NCBI GenBank assembly: GCA_964582445.1
Contig: CAZOSR010000002.1
Location: 1-35,831 of the forward strand
DNA from: an uncultured Coriobacteriaceae bacterium
GTDB lineage: Bacteria; Actinomycetota; Coriobacteriia; Anaerosomatales; Anaerosomataceae
Direction of reading: 5' to 3'
Length of the DNA stretch: 35,831 nt
The notes below the pieces were generated by a model, which did not search any database, was not told the DNA's origin, and saw only the letters and a program-made list of their open reading frames with translations. A program made the translations under genes and the position numbers. Position 1 is the stretch's first letter. Each line of letters opens with the position of its first letter. This document shows positions 17,772-27,317 of the stretch, one piece after another.

Positions 17772-19646
17772 CTATGGTGTCACCGTCGCCGGTTCCGATG
17801 GGTCCGGAGTTGGATCGGGCGCCGGCTTGGTCCCGACGCGCACGACCTCTTCCGTCGCCCGGTAGACGGACTTGAATGAATCGCGTCGCACCTCGGCCCC
17901 GCCCTTGGTCACAACGCGTGTCACCACGATCGTGCGTCCCGAGACCCCCCGCTCCTCCACGACGCGTGTACCCACAGGGAGTTCGGGATCCTGAACCTCA
18001 CGTATCGGCGGATTCACGAGGTTGGTCCACGCGCCCGTCTCATATGAGACCTCATACCCCGGATCCGTTCCGTACAGCGATATCGTCACACTGGAGTTCG
18101 AGTACCCGGTGGCGATGAGTATCCAGTCGGGCGTGTCGTTCGTGAACTTGAAGTCCGGGCCGCCCCACGACACCGTTGCATCGCGTCCCTTGGGATAGTG
18201 ACTGATGTACTGAGAATGGTTATGCCGCTCCACGACCGGCAGCCCTGAGAAGAAGACGGTGTTGAAGAGCGTTGTGTTCACCTGACAGATGCCGCCGCCC
18301 AGTTGTGGAACCAGCTTGCCGTTCACGATCGCCGGTGCCTCCTGGTAGCCCTTCGCAGCCGTTCGCTCCCCCACTGTCCCGTTGAAACTGAATGTCTCAC
18401 CCGGACCGATGAGCGTGCCATCGAGCGCGTCAGCCAGAGTGTGGATGTTGTTCACACGCGGCTTGTTGGATGCCGAGTACTCAGTGGTGAACGTGGAGAT
18501 TCGCTCGACGATGCCGAGCCCACGCGCCTCTTCAGTGGTCAGATCGGCCTCGACGCGGCTCATGGCGAGTTCAGTGCGTCGCTCGCCGACACCGGTCAAT
18601 AGCACTTGAAGCTTGGCGGCCAGATCCTCGGCGTCGACCGCAAGGCCATCCTCTGCGGGTACGATGGTCACAGTCCCGGCGGATGCGGTGAACGATGCGT
18701 TCCTCGCCGGCCGGCCGACCTCGGCCACAAGTGGCAGTATCGTCGCCGAGACCTCATCCGATGCGATATAGGCCTCGAGAACGGGCCCATCCGTGCCTTC
18801 GACGGAGCGGATGTCGATCCACCCGCCGATGGTCGCCGGCTCGATCTGCCACGTCTTGTCCTCGTAGTACAGCTCGAGCGGTCCCGACACCATCGACCGT
18901 GCCGCATCGTATGCAGCATCCGCGCCGGCCTCGTCGATCTCCGGCTGCAATGTGACAAGCTCGACCGACGCACTGCGATCGTCCGCAAGGAAGGCAGCGA
19001 GGATCGCAGTCCGGGCGTCACCCACATCCACTCCACGCCCCTCAGCAGGGGGCACAAGCCGTACGGACGCACCCTCGACAACGATCTTGGCATCGCGTGC
19101 CGGCTGGGCGATTCCGGCATTGATCGTCTCCACGATCCGCTCGATCAAGTCGTCGTCACAGCCCAGTTCGAGGGGGACCGTCACCCCGCCGAGGATGGCT
19201 CTCGACCGCTCCGACACCGCCTCCAGGAAGGCTCCTCGTCCCACGCGGTGGGCCGCCTCGGCGAGTCCAGTGGCATCCACCGACAAGGCAACACTCTCGG
19301 CGGTCACATCCCAGCGCTCGTTCCCCGCTGCGAGCGTCACGGGGGCCGAGGCATACCCGGCCACCGCGGAATCGATCGCCGATGCGGCATCCACACGGGT
19401 CAGCCCGCCGACATCCACGGCGCCGACCCGCACTCCCGAATGGATGCGGTCACCTGTGACAGCGAGATCGGCCACGACCGCAACGCCGGCGAGTGCCAGG
19501 ACCACCGCGACAGCCACGACGGCGATTCGCACACCGAGCGGCCAGGACGCCATGAACCGGGGGACCCGCGGCGTACGGCTCACCTTCGACGAGCTATGCC
19601 TCGCGCCACGCACACCATCGGCGGGCGCCTGTTCCACGTCAGTCAT
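17772..19646 (-). CDS. VanW-family membrane-anchored protein with PG-binding repeats and C-terminal G5-like domain (YoaR-like)
   Basis: N-terminal TM helix, PGETFSFNGTVG, GGGICQVNTTLFN, ERHNHS, GRDATV, DFKFTN, G5-like tail. Confidence 0.9.
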   Translation of the reverse strand: MTDVEQAPADGVRGARHSSSKVSRTPRVPRFMASWPLGVRIAVVAVAVVLALAGVAVVADLAVTGDRIHSGVRVGAVDVGGLTRVDAASAIDSAVAGYASAPVTLAAGNERWDVTAESVALSVDATGLAEAAHRVGRGAFLEAVSERSRAILGGVTVPLELGCDDDLIERIVETINAGIAQPARDAKIVVEGASVRLVPPAEGRGVDVGDARTAILAAFLADDRSASVELVTLQPEIDEAGADAAYDAARSMVSGPLELYYEDKTWQIEPATIGGWIDIRSVEGTDGPVLEAYIASDEVSATILPLVAEVGRPARNASFTASAGTVTIVPAEDGLAVDAEDLAAKLQVLLTGVGERRTELAMSRVEADLTTEEARGLGIVERISTFTTEYSASNKPRVNNIHTLADALDGTLIGPGETFSFNGTVGERTAAKGYQEAPAIVNGKLVPQLGGGICQVNTTLFNTVFFSGLPVVERHNHSQYISHYPKGRDATVSWGGPDFKFTNDTPDWILIATGYSNSSVTISLYGTDPGYEVSYETGAWTNLVNPPIREVQDPELPVGTRVVEERGVSGRTIVVTRVVTKGGAEVRRDSFKSVYRATEEVVRVGTKPAPDPTPDPSEPATVTP

Positions 19647-19735
19647 TCCTGTCCCGGATCCGAATGGCCCTGCGCGGGCAGATGGACACTACATGGTGAG
19701 AACAACAGCAAGAATACCGCCACTCATGACGAGCG

Positions 19736-19744
19736 ATGATAGCA
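19736..19744 (-). promoter_or_regulatory. Extended -10 element (TGC-TATCAT) upstream of the VanW gene
   Basis: Plus-strand atgatagca reads TGCTATCAT on the minus strand. Confidence 0.5.
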
Positions 19745-19782
19745 CGCTGCGGACATACGACCCCACACCTGACCGGAAAGGA

Positions 19783-22293
19783 TCATCCATTGGCGATCGC
19801 GTCGCGCACGGCCTCAACATACCGACCCAGAAGCGCCTCAGCAGCAGCGGTGTCATCACCCTCGGCGTAGACGGTGACCTGCGCCTCCGTCGCGTGCGGC
19901 AGCACCAGCGCCCAGCCCTTCTCATCGGGGATCCTTACACCTTCGATGACTTCCACATCGCCGATCCGTCCGAGCGCTGCCATGGCGCGCATCACCGCGC
20001 CTTTGCGGTCGAACGGACAGAACACCGACTCTTCTCTGAGGTGGAACGCGGGCAACTCTGCCACCACATCATCGAGATCCATTTCCTGACGATCGAGCAT
20101 TCTCAGAAGCGCGCCGAATGACATCACCGCATCGTAGCCGGCCAGGAAGTGAGGAAACACGAAGCCCCCGTGACGCGAGCCAGCGAACCCGATGGTTGGG
20201 TCCAGCGCTGCCGCCGAGAGCGCGCGGCGCGAGGTACCGGTGCGGCGGACAAAACGCCCCGCTGTGCCCGCGATGCGCTCGACCGCTGTCGATGCAGTGA
20301 CCGGGACCGCGACTCCCACACCGCCCTCGCCGGTGCCTTCAGAGTTGGCCCACAGCCAGACCATGGCGTGAAGGGCCGTATCGTGATCGAGTACGCGACC
20401 GGATTTCGTTACCAACGTTATCCGCTCGGCAGTCGAATCCATGGACACGCCAAGGTCGGCCTGGAACATGTCTACCGAATGCGCGAGCCGCTCGAGCAAG
20501 ACAGTGCGCTCGACATCGTTGACCGCAGTGCGCTCGGAATCCACGTACGCACGTAGCCCGATCAGGTCGACATCCCAGTCCGCCGCAAGCGATGGGAGTA
20601 CGAATGAAGCAGGGCTGAGCCCCATGTCGACTACTGCGGTCCTTCGGCGACGCGGCGCCTCTGCCTCGTCGAGTGCCGCTGTCAGAGCGGTCGTGTAGTA
20701 CTCAAGCGCTCGCGGCGGATAGAGGATCTCGCCGATCTGGTCGAAGAACGCCCTGCGGAACTCCTTTCGGAAGTACAGACGCTCGATCTTCTTCTCCTGC
20801 CCGGTGGACAGGTCGATGCCGGCCGAATCGTAGAAGTGGATCTCGATCGACTGCGGATCGCCATCGGCAGCGCAGATGTGTACGCCGCCCATCGCACGCG
20901 TGTCGCGTGTCGTGAAACGGGTGACCGCAGGCGACGCAACGCGAAGATCGCGCACGTGACACCCTGCCGAGTTCAATCCTGCGGCCACAGCGCGCTTCAC
21001 CATGCGAGCCGCACCGCTGGAATCTCGGCTGACCACGGTGTGCGACCTGCTCGGTAGCAGACTCCCAAACGCCTGCGCAACGTGCAGTGCGAGTTCTGGC
21101 GTGACATCGATGTTCACAAGACCAGCGATGCCGTCATTCGCGAACAACGAGCGCAGGCCACGAGACTCCCAGATCAGCGACGAGCTCACCATGGCTCCAG
21201 CATCGATGCGCTTGAATGGATAGACCTGGACGTCGTTTGCCACGGCTGCCCCGGGGCCGACGACGCTCTCGTCGCCTATCACCGCACCTTGCTCGATGCG
21301 AGCACTCGCCCGCACATCCACGCTGCGGCAGAGCACCGCACCACGGACCTGTGAGAACTTGCCGATGAACGAATCGTTCCAGACGATCGTGTGCTCGGTT
21401 TGAGCGCTGTAGCTCACGAGGCAGTTGTCCCCGATGATGGTGTACGGCCCGATCTTCGCACCGGCACGAACGGTGGTGTTGGCGCCGATCACGACCTTCT
21501 GCCCGATCTCTGCCGTTGGGTCGATAGACGCGTTGGGCCCCACCCATACGTCATCCTTGGTCTTAGCACCCGGGACGTAGATCATGGCCTTGCCGTCCAG
21601 GATGTCGCGGTGGACCTCGACGTACCCCTCAAGGCTGCCGACATCCGCCCAGTAGCCATCGACCACGCAACCGTAGAGCGGGTATCCCTTGTCCATGAGG
21701 ATCGGGAAGAGGTCAGACGAGAAGTCGAACGGCATACCCTCGGGAATGAAATCGAAGACGAGCGGATCGACCACGTAGATGCCCGTGTTGATGGTGTCGC
21801 TGAATACCTGGCCCCATGTGGGCTTCTCCAGGAATCGCTCGATCCGTCCGTCATCGTCGGTGATGACGACGCCGAACTCAAGTGGATCCGGAACGCGCTT
21901 GAGCGCGATCGTGACGGCGGCGCCTTTCGCCTTGTGGAACTCCACGACCTCGGTCAGGTTGATGTCGGTGAGCGCGTCCCCGGATATCACCAGAAACGTC
22001 TCGTCCAGGACCTCGGCAGCGTTCTTGACGGACCCTGCGGTGCCGAGAGGTGTCTCCTCGATGGCGTAGGTGATATCCATACCCCATTCATCGCCATCAC
22101 CAAAGTAGTCCTCGATGACCTGGGGCATGAACGCGAGAGTGGCGACGACCTCGGTGATGCCGTGATGCTTCACGAGCCCCAGGATGTGCTCCATCACGGG
22201 CTGATTGACGATGGGCACCATCGGCTTTGGCCGCATGCTCGTGAGCGGTCGAAGCCGGGTCCCCTCGCCACCAGCCATGACCACTGCTTTCAT
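19783..22293 (-). CDS. Mannose-1-phosphate guanylyltransferase-like NDP-sugar pyrophosphorylase fused to a phosphomannomutase-like domain
   Basis: [27 protein letters not shown], hexapeptide repeats, then a PGM/PMM-fold region (LF..GIAG, SRD). ATG at 22293 overlaps the upstream stop (ATGA). Confidence 0.9.
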   Translation of the reverse strand: MKAVVMAGGEGTRLRPLTSMRPKPMVPIVNQPVMEHILGLVKHHGITEVVATLAFMPQVIEDYFGDGDEWGMDITYAIEETPLGTAGSVKNAAEVLDETFLVISGDALTDINLTEVVEFHKAKGAAVTIALKRVPDPLEFGVVITDDDGRIERFLEKPTWGQVFSDTINTGIYVVDPLVFDFIPEGMPFDFSSDLFPILMDKGYPLYGCVVDGYWADVGSLEGYVEVHRDILDGKAMIYVPGAKTKDDVWVGPNASIDPTAEIGQKVVIGANTTVRAGAKIGPYTIIGDNCLVSYSAQTEHTIVWNDSFIGKFSQVRGAVLCRSVDVRASARIEQGAVIGDESVVGPGAAVANDVQVYPFKRIDAGAMVSSSLIWESRGLRSLFANDGIAGLVNIDVTPELALHVAQAFGSLLPSRSHTVVSRDSSGAARMVKRAVAAGLNSAGCHVRDLRVASPAVTRFTTRDTRAMGGVHICAADGDPQSIEIHFYDSAGIDLSTGQEKKIERLYFRKEFRRAFFDQIGEILYPPRALEYYTTALTAALDEAEAPRRRRTAVVDMGLSPASFVLPSLAADWDVDLIGLRAYVDSERTAVNDVERTVLLERLAHSVDMFQADLGVSMDSTAERITLVTKSGRVLDHDTALHAMVWLWANSEGTGEGGVGVAVPVTASTAVERIAGTAGRFVRRTGTSRRALSAAALDPTIGFAGSRHGGFVFPHFLAGYDAVMSFGALLRMLDRQEMDLDDVVAELPAFHLREESVFCPFDRKGAVMRAMAALGRIGDVEVIEGVRIPDEKGWALVLPHATEAQVTVYAEGDDTAAAEALLGRYVEAVRDAIANG

Positions 22294-22955
22294 GCAGCAC
22301 CGCCTTCCGCGGACGCGATCGCCTCGCGCCGAGCGCGGAGCGCCCGCGCCGTGTATTGGACTGCCGCACTGAGGGACAGGATGATGCCCACGTACACGAA
22401 GAAGATGCCGAGCCCCACGCGCTCGGAACCTAGACCCGGGAGCCAGCTGGAGTCCACAAGACCGAGCCCGACCACTCTCGGCCATCCGGCGATCAGAGAG
22501 GAGAACCCGAAGAGCAGGATGGCGGTCGTCCACTTGCCCGCGCGCGTAACCGGGAGGATAACGCCGTGATGTTCGAGCCGGTATGCGCCATAGAGCAGAT
22601 AGAGGTCACGGCCAAGCAGCACCACAGGGATCCACAGCGGAAGCACATCGATCAGGTACAGCCCCACGACACCTGATGCCAGCAGAAGGCGGTCGACGAG
22701 CGGGTCCACGATCTTGCCGAACTGCGTGACCGTGTTCGTCCGGCGTGCAATCTGGCCATCGATCCAATCGGTGGAGGCGGCCACCGCGTAGATGATGAAT
22801 GCGACCAGCCTCCCCCGCTCGTTCTGCGCATCCACGAGCGCCGTGAAGAAGAACGGCACCAGGATCAGCCTCAGGATCGTGATCAGGTTTGCCACCGAGT
22901 AGACCGTATGGTGCACGACCTGCCCGGCATCGTCTGTCGTCTGCTCGTCTACCAC
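22290..22955 (-). CDS. CDP-alcohol phosphatidyltransferase (PgsA-like)
   Basis: ANLITILR and [28 protein letters not shown] signature. GTG at 22955 after AGGAGG, overlapping the corA end. Confidence 0.92.
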   Translation of the reverse strand: MVDEQTTDDAGQVVHHTVYSVANLITILRLILVPFFFTALVDAQNERGRLVAFIIYAVAASTDWIDGQIARRTNTVTQFGKIVDPLVDRLLLASGVVGLYLIDVLPLWIPVVLLGRDLYLLYGAYRLEHHGVILPVTRAGKWTTAILLFGFSSLIAGWPRVVGLGLVDSSWLPGLGSERVGLGIFFVYVGIILSLSAAVQYTARALRARREAIASAEGGAA

Positions 22956-23902
22956 CAGTCTTTCCTCCTGAAGAAGAGAACCATCCAGACTGCGATCAGG
23001 ATCATCGCCGCTATGATCACGGCGAACGACCACGCCGCTGTGGCTGGCGGCCACATACCGTCAAGCACGTTCATTCCGTATATGCCCGAGATGAGCGTGA
23101 GGGGCATGAAGATCGTCGCCACCACGGTGAGCTGCTTCATGATCCCGTTCATCCGATTGCTCTGCACCGAGAGGAACAGGTCCATGGTCCCGTTTGCGAC
23201 CTCCCGGTAGGTATCGATGGTATCGCTGAGGCGGGCAAGATGATCCCCCACGTCATCGAAGTACATATACGCCTCGGGTTCCACGAACGCTTCCAGGCGT
23301 GCGAGCCCCCGGACGACATCTCGCTCGGGGTTGACGACGCGGTGTAGCGCCACAAGCGCACGCTTCGAGGCGTACAGACGCTGCAAGTACTCCGGCCGGG
23401 CTTCGGCGAGCACCAGGTCTTCGATCTCCTCAAGCTCGTCTGAGACCGCTTCGACAATCGGGAAGACCTCGTCCACCGCAGCATCGAGGATCGCGTGCAC
23501 GGTCCACTCCACACCCCGGGCGAGGAAGGAGTCCGCACGATCCATGATGCGAGTGAGCGCGGAAACGTCCGAACGATGGACGGTCACGAGATACTGATCG
23601 GTCAGGAACAGATCGATCTCGTGCGTGACCACACCGTCATCGGTGAGCATCTGCGGCAAGAGCCATATGGCGAAGCTGAGGTCATGATAGACGTCGAGCT
23701 TGGGGCGTTGCGGGAAGTGCAGGCAATCCTCTATCGCCAGGGGCGGCAGCGGAACCCGCTCGCTGACACGCCGAAGCGACGCCTCGTCCGGGTCCGCCAC
23801 GTCGATCCAGACGGGACCCTCCACGCCATCGGGCAGCGATTCCAGACCATCGGAACGCAGGATACCCTTGGCGATCCACCGTGCGGTGACACGCGCGGAC
23901 AC
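22949..23902 (-). CDS. corA: Magnesium/cobalt transporter CorA
   Basis: LAIEDC..QRPK, MKQLT..TIFMPLT..GIYGMN, two C-terminal TM helices. GTG at 23902 after GAGGAGG (ORF-track start 23932). Confidence 0.94.
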   Translation of the reverse strand: MSARVTARWIAKGILRSDGLESLPDGVEGPVWIDVADPDEASLRRVSERVPLPPLAIEDCLHFPQRPKLDVYHDLSFAIWLLPQMLTDDGVVTHEIDLFLTDQYLVTVHRSDVSALTRIMDRADSFLARGVEWTVHAILDAAVDEVFPIVEAVSDELEEIEDLVLAEARPEYLQRLYASKRALVALHRVVNPERDVVRGLARLEAFVEPEAYMYFDDVGDHLARLSDTIDTYREVANGTMDLFLSVQSNRMNGIMKQLTVVATIFMPLTLISGIYGMNVLDGMWPPATAAWSFAVIIAAMILIAVWMVLFFRRKDWW

Positions 23903-23933
23903 GTGCACCCCCTCCTCGCGTTCGGACACCATA

Positions 23934-23942
23934 ACGATAGCA
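23934..23942 (-). promoter_or_regulatory. Extended -10 element (TGC-TATCGT) upstream of corA
   Basis: Plus-strand acgatagca reads TGCTATCGT on the minus strand. Its position argues against the ATG at 23932 being the start. Confidence 0.45.
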
Positions 23943-23995
23943 GAGCTATGGACCTAGAGCTGCCCGTCACGACCGGGTCATGCACGCGCCCACGG

Positions 23996-25282
23996 CTACT
24001 GTCCGAGCGTAGCCTGACCCCGGCGTTTCGCCTCGAGGAACTCCTCGTAGGTTGCGGTGAATGTCTGCGAGCCATCCGATCCGGTGAGCACGTAGTAGAG
24101 ATAGTCAGTGTCTGCGGGTTGCGCTGCTGCCTGCAGCGCGCGAAGCCCTGGATTGCTGATCGGTCCAACAGGTAGGCCGTCATGCAGGTACGTGTTGTAC
24201 GGGGTCTCCTGCTCAAGATCCTTGTTCGTGAGCGAGGTCGTCCCTTCCGGCATGGTGTACATGACTGTCGCGCAGAGTTGCAGTTTCATGGGCCGTGCGA
24301 GGCGGTTGTAGATGACCGAGGAGACCAGCGGGAACTCCTCATCAAGCTGTGCCTCGCGCTCGAGGATCGATGCGATGGTCACGACATCCACAAGATCGAG
24401 ACCCTGTGACTCGGCGTGACTCAGATCGAGCGTCGAGACCTGGTCGTCGAAGTGATCAAGCATCATCTCCACGATCTCATGTGGAGGCGTGCTCACCTCG
24501 ATCGAATACGTCGCAGGAAACAGGAAGCCCTCGAGCGAATCACCGTACGCCCCATCGAGATACGGATGCTCTCCCACGAACTCGGGGGCCCCCGATGTGC
24601 AGAGCCTCATGATCTCCTCAGGGTCCGCACCCGCACGGGCAGCCATGCGCGCTGCAACCTGCTCGGCGGTGAATCCCTCGGGAATGGTGACGTCGACGTA
24701 ATCGGCACGTGGACCGACCAGCAGCAGGTCTATGACGTCCGCGTTGGCCATGCCAGTGGTGAGTTCGTACTCGCCCGCCCGGAGGTCGCCGTCCACGCCC
24801 ATGTCGCGCACCAGGAAGCGGAACGCCAACGAGCTCTCGATCACGCCGAGATCCGCGAGCTGGCGCGCGATGGCGGCGGTGGTGCTACCAGACTCGATCA
24901 CCGTGTGCACAGGAATGCCGGCCGTCACATCGGCGCGTGCAGCCGGTTCGCGACCGACCAGCTGCGTGATGCTGTACACGATGATGCCGAGCACCACGAT
25001 AAGCGCCACACCGGCAAGGGCGGTACCGACGGTGCGATGTTCTGCCCGGGGAGCACGGGTTCGCCGCACTCTCTGCGAATGATCGGGCCGTTTCCGGACG
25101 GTCTGCGGCCGACTGCGTCGCTTCCGCGGTCTGGCTTCGGGTCCCGAAACCGCCGACGTCCGTGATCTCGAAGAATCCGACCGGCGCGAACCACGGGCGG
25201 AGCGCCTGTGGCGATCCGAACGGCGCGGCTCCGAGCCGACCCCTCGCTGCTCGATCATCGAATCGGACTCCGGCTGAACCAC
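23996..25282 (-). CDS. mltG: Endolytic transglycosylase MltG with Arg-rich cytoplasmic N-terminal extension
   Basis: TM anchor, VTIPEGF, LEGFLFPATY, IASILEREA (catalytic Glu), SVIYNRL, PYNTY..GLPVGPISNPG, YLYYV. GTG at 25282 after AGGAGG. Confidence 0.93.
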   Translation of the reverse strand: MVQPESDSMIEQRGVGSEPRRSDRHRRSARGSRRSDSSRSRTSAVSGPEARPRKRRSRPQTVRKRPDHSQRVRRTRAPRAEHRTVGTALAGVALIVVLGIIVYSITQLVGREPAARADVTAGIPVHTVIESGSTTAAIARQLADLGVIESSLAFRFLVRDMGVDGDLRAGEYELTTGMANADVIDLLLVGPRADYVDVTIPEGFTAEQVAARMAARAGADPEEIMRLCTSGAPEFVGEHPYLDGAYGDSLEGFLFPATYSIEVSTPPHEIVEMMLDHFDDQVSTLDLSHAESQGLDLVDVVTIASILEREAQLDEEFPLVSSVIYNRLARPMKLQLCATVMYTMPEGTTSLTNKDLEQETPYNTYLHDGLPVGPISNPGLRALQAAAQPADTDYLYYVLTGSDGSQTFTATYEEFLEAKRRGQATLGQ

Positions 25283-25395
25283 GTGACCTCCTGGCAGAGG
25301 ATGAGAGGAGCCCCGGGCCATCGGCCCGAGACTCGGTGCCGTGCCGGCAACCCGGATCGACAGGGCTCCGGCGACGACTGCGTTCCACCGAGCGA

Positions 25396-25425
25396 AGTAT
25401 ACGGGCGCGCCGAGCACGGTGTCCA
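25396..25425 (-). promoter_or_regulatory. Sigma-A-like promoter for mltG (TGGACA-N18-TATACT)
   Basis: Near-consensus -35 (25420-25425) and -10 (25396-25401) on the minus strand. Confidence 0.55.
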
Positions 25426-25520
25426 ACAACGCGCCGCGCCTGAGCACGCCCGGTCGCCCCGGTGTCGTGTAAGGTGTGCCCGGAGCATATGCAGCGACCG
25501 CACGACACAAGGAGTACCGG

Positions 25521-27317
25521 GTGGCCCACCTGCTCGGCTGTGATGATGTTCGTCTTGAGTATGCGTCGAAGCTGGTCTTCGATTCACTGACACTTGGCGT
25601 CGACGAGGGTGACCGGATCGGAATCGTTGGCGGGAACGGCGACGGCAAGTCCTCGCTCCTCGGTCTTCTCGCAGGCCGAACCGACCCCGACGGCGGTCGC
25701 ATCGTCATACGCGGCGGAACAGTGGCAGGCATGCTGGCACAGGCGGATGCTCTTGATCCGGCTGCCACGGTCCGTTCGTGCGTGGTCGGTGATATCCCCG
25801 AGCATCGATGGGCCGCCGACTCCCGGGTCCGCGATATCCTCTCTCACCTCGTCGGCGATCTTCCCTGGGATGGATTGGTCCGCCACCTGTCCGGCGGACA
25901 GCGACGGCGGGTGGACCTCGCGCGAGTCCTCATCCATGACGCTGACGTCCTCATGCTGGATGAGCCTACGAACCACCTCGACGTTCCCGCCATCGACTGG
26001 CTCGCACATCACTTGAAGACACGCTGGCCCAGACGCTCCGGAGCGCTCCTCGTGGTGACGCATGACCGCTGGTTCCTTGACGAAGTATGCACGCAGGTCT
26101 GGGAGGTGCATGACGGCAGGGTCGATCGCTTCGAGGGTGGCTACTCGGCGTACGTCTACCAGCGCGTGGAGCGGATGGCTGCTGCCGAACGGGCCGAGCA
26201 GAAGCGCCGCAATCTGTTGCGCAAGGAACTCGCATGGCTTGCCCGCGGACCACAGGCGCGTTCCACGAAGCCGAAGTTCCGCGTCGATGCCGCGAACGCG
26301 CTTATTGCGGACGAACCACCACTGCGCAACACCCTCGAGCTGAGACAGACCGCGATGACCCGCCTCGGCAAACAGGTCATCGACATCGAGGACGCCACTG
26401 TGCGCTACGAACAGAACGCTGTACTCGACCGGATCACCTGGCACATCGGACCCGGTGATCGGGTCGGCCTCCTCGGCGAGAACGGCTCGGGCAAGACGAC
26501 GCTGCTGAAGCTCGCACGCGGCGCGATTGAACCAACATCGGGCAGAGTGCGAATCGGCAAGACAGTGAAGACCGCTGTGCTCTCACAGCACCTCGAGGAG
26601 CTTGAGGCCTACGCCAGCGAACGCGTCAGAGACGTCCTGGCACGGAACAAGACACGCTACTCGTTCGAGGGTCGCGACATGACTCCGGCGCAACTGCTGG
26701 AGCGCCTCGGGTTCGAGCAGGCGCACCTCTCCGCCTACGTGAACACGCTTTCCGGCGGCCAGAAACGCCGTCTGCAGCTCATGCTGATCTTGCTCGATCA
26801 GCCCAACGTGCTCGTGCTTGACGAGCCCGACAACGATCTGGACACCGATATGCTCGCAGTCGTGGAGAGCCTGCTGGACACGTGGCCCGGGACGCTCCTG
26901 TTGGTGACGCACGACCGTCATCTGATGGAGCGGGTCACCGACGACCAGTTCGCGGTCCTGGATGGCACGGTGCGACACCTGCCGGGCGGGATCGATGAGT
27001 ACCTGCGCCTTGTTGCGCGGCGCGCGGAGAGCACAGGCGCCCAGCAGGACGGCGCTCTACAGGCTTCGAAGGAACCGTCGGGGAGTTCGCTTTCTCAAGC
27101 GGAGGAGCACCGGCTGAAGAAGGAGCTCGCCTCGACCGAGCGGAAGCTGCGGACGCTTGAGACCAGGGCCGAGGCGGTCCGCACCGAGCTTCACGCGGCG
27201 GACCCGACCGACTACACCGCGCTCATGGCTGCACAGCAGCGATTGAGCGATGCGCAGTCGGAGGTGGCAGCGCTCGAGGATGAATGGCTGCGGATCTCCG
27301 AGCTGCTCGGCATGTGA
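25521..27317 (+). CDS. ABC-F family ATPase (Uup-like)
   Basis: Two ABC domains (GGNGDGKS/LSGGQ/LDEPTNHLD and GENGSGKT/LSGGQ/LDEPDNDLD), interdomain linker KELAWLARGPQARSTK, C-terminal coiled coil, no TM. GTG after AAGGAG. Confidence 0.94.
   Translation: MAHLLGCDDVRLEYASKLVFDSLTLGVDEGDRIGIVGGNGDGKSSLLGLLAGRTDPDGGRIVIRGGTVAGMLAQADALDPAATVRSCVVGDIPEHRWAADSRVRDILSHLVGDLPWDGLVRHLSGGQRRRVDLARVLIHDADVLMLDEPTNHLDVPAIDWLAHHLKTRWPRRSGALLVVTHDRWFLDEVCTQVWEVHDGRVDRFEGGYSAYVYQRVERMAAAERAEQKRRNLLRKELAWLARGPQARSTKPKFRVDAANALIADEPPLRNTLELRQTAMTRLGKQVIDIEDATVRYEQNAVLDRITWHIGPGDRVGLLGENGSGKTTLLKLARGAIEPTSGRVRIGKTVKTAVLSQHLEELEAYASERVRDVLARNKTRYSFEGRDMTPAQLLERLGFEQAHLSAYVNTLSGGQKRRLQLMLILLDQPNVLVLDEPDNDLDTDMLAVVESLLDTWPGTLLLVTHDRHLMERVTDDQFAVLDGTVRHLPGGIDEYLRLVARRAESTGAQQDGALQASKEPSGSSLSQAEEHRLKKELASTERKLRTLETRAEAVRTELHAADPTDYTALMAAQQRLSDAQSEVAALEDEWLRISELLGM

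Noticed and set aside
836-22569. Many long opposite-strand or alternate-frame ORFs (e.g. 836-2053, 8100-9236, 10561-11682, 12409-13689, 18606-19739, 18952-20121, 21391-22569)
   Set aside because: They are shadow ORFs of well-supported genes in high-GC DNA, Arg/Pro/Ser-rich and without recognisable motifs.
25283-25768. ORF-track N-terminal extensions (mltG from 25768; similarly gcvT 13764, nucleotidyltransferase 22533, K+ channel 5446, apt 4410, marR 30238)
   Set aside because: They overlap neighbouring genes or promoters. Downstream starts have proper RBS or coupling and match family N-termini.
25521-27317. ABC-F as an antibiotic-resistance determinant, and VanW (17772-19646) as vancomycin resistance
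   Set aside because: The ABC-F has Uup-like housekeeping features and no resistance context. VanW/YoaR proteins are widespread and no vanHAX genes are present.
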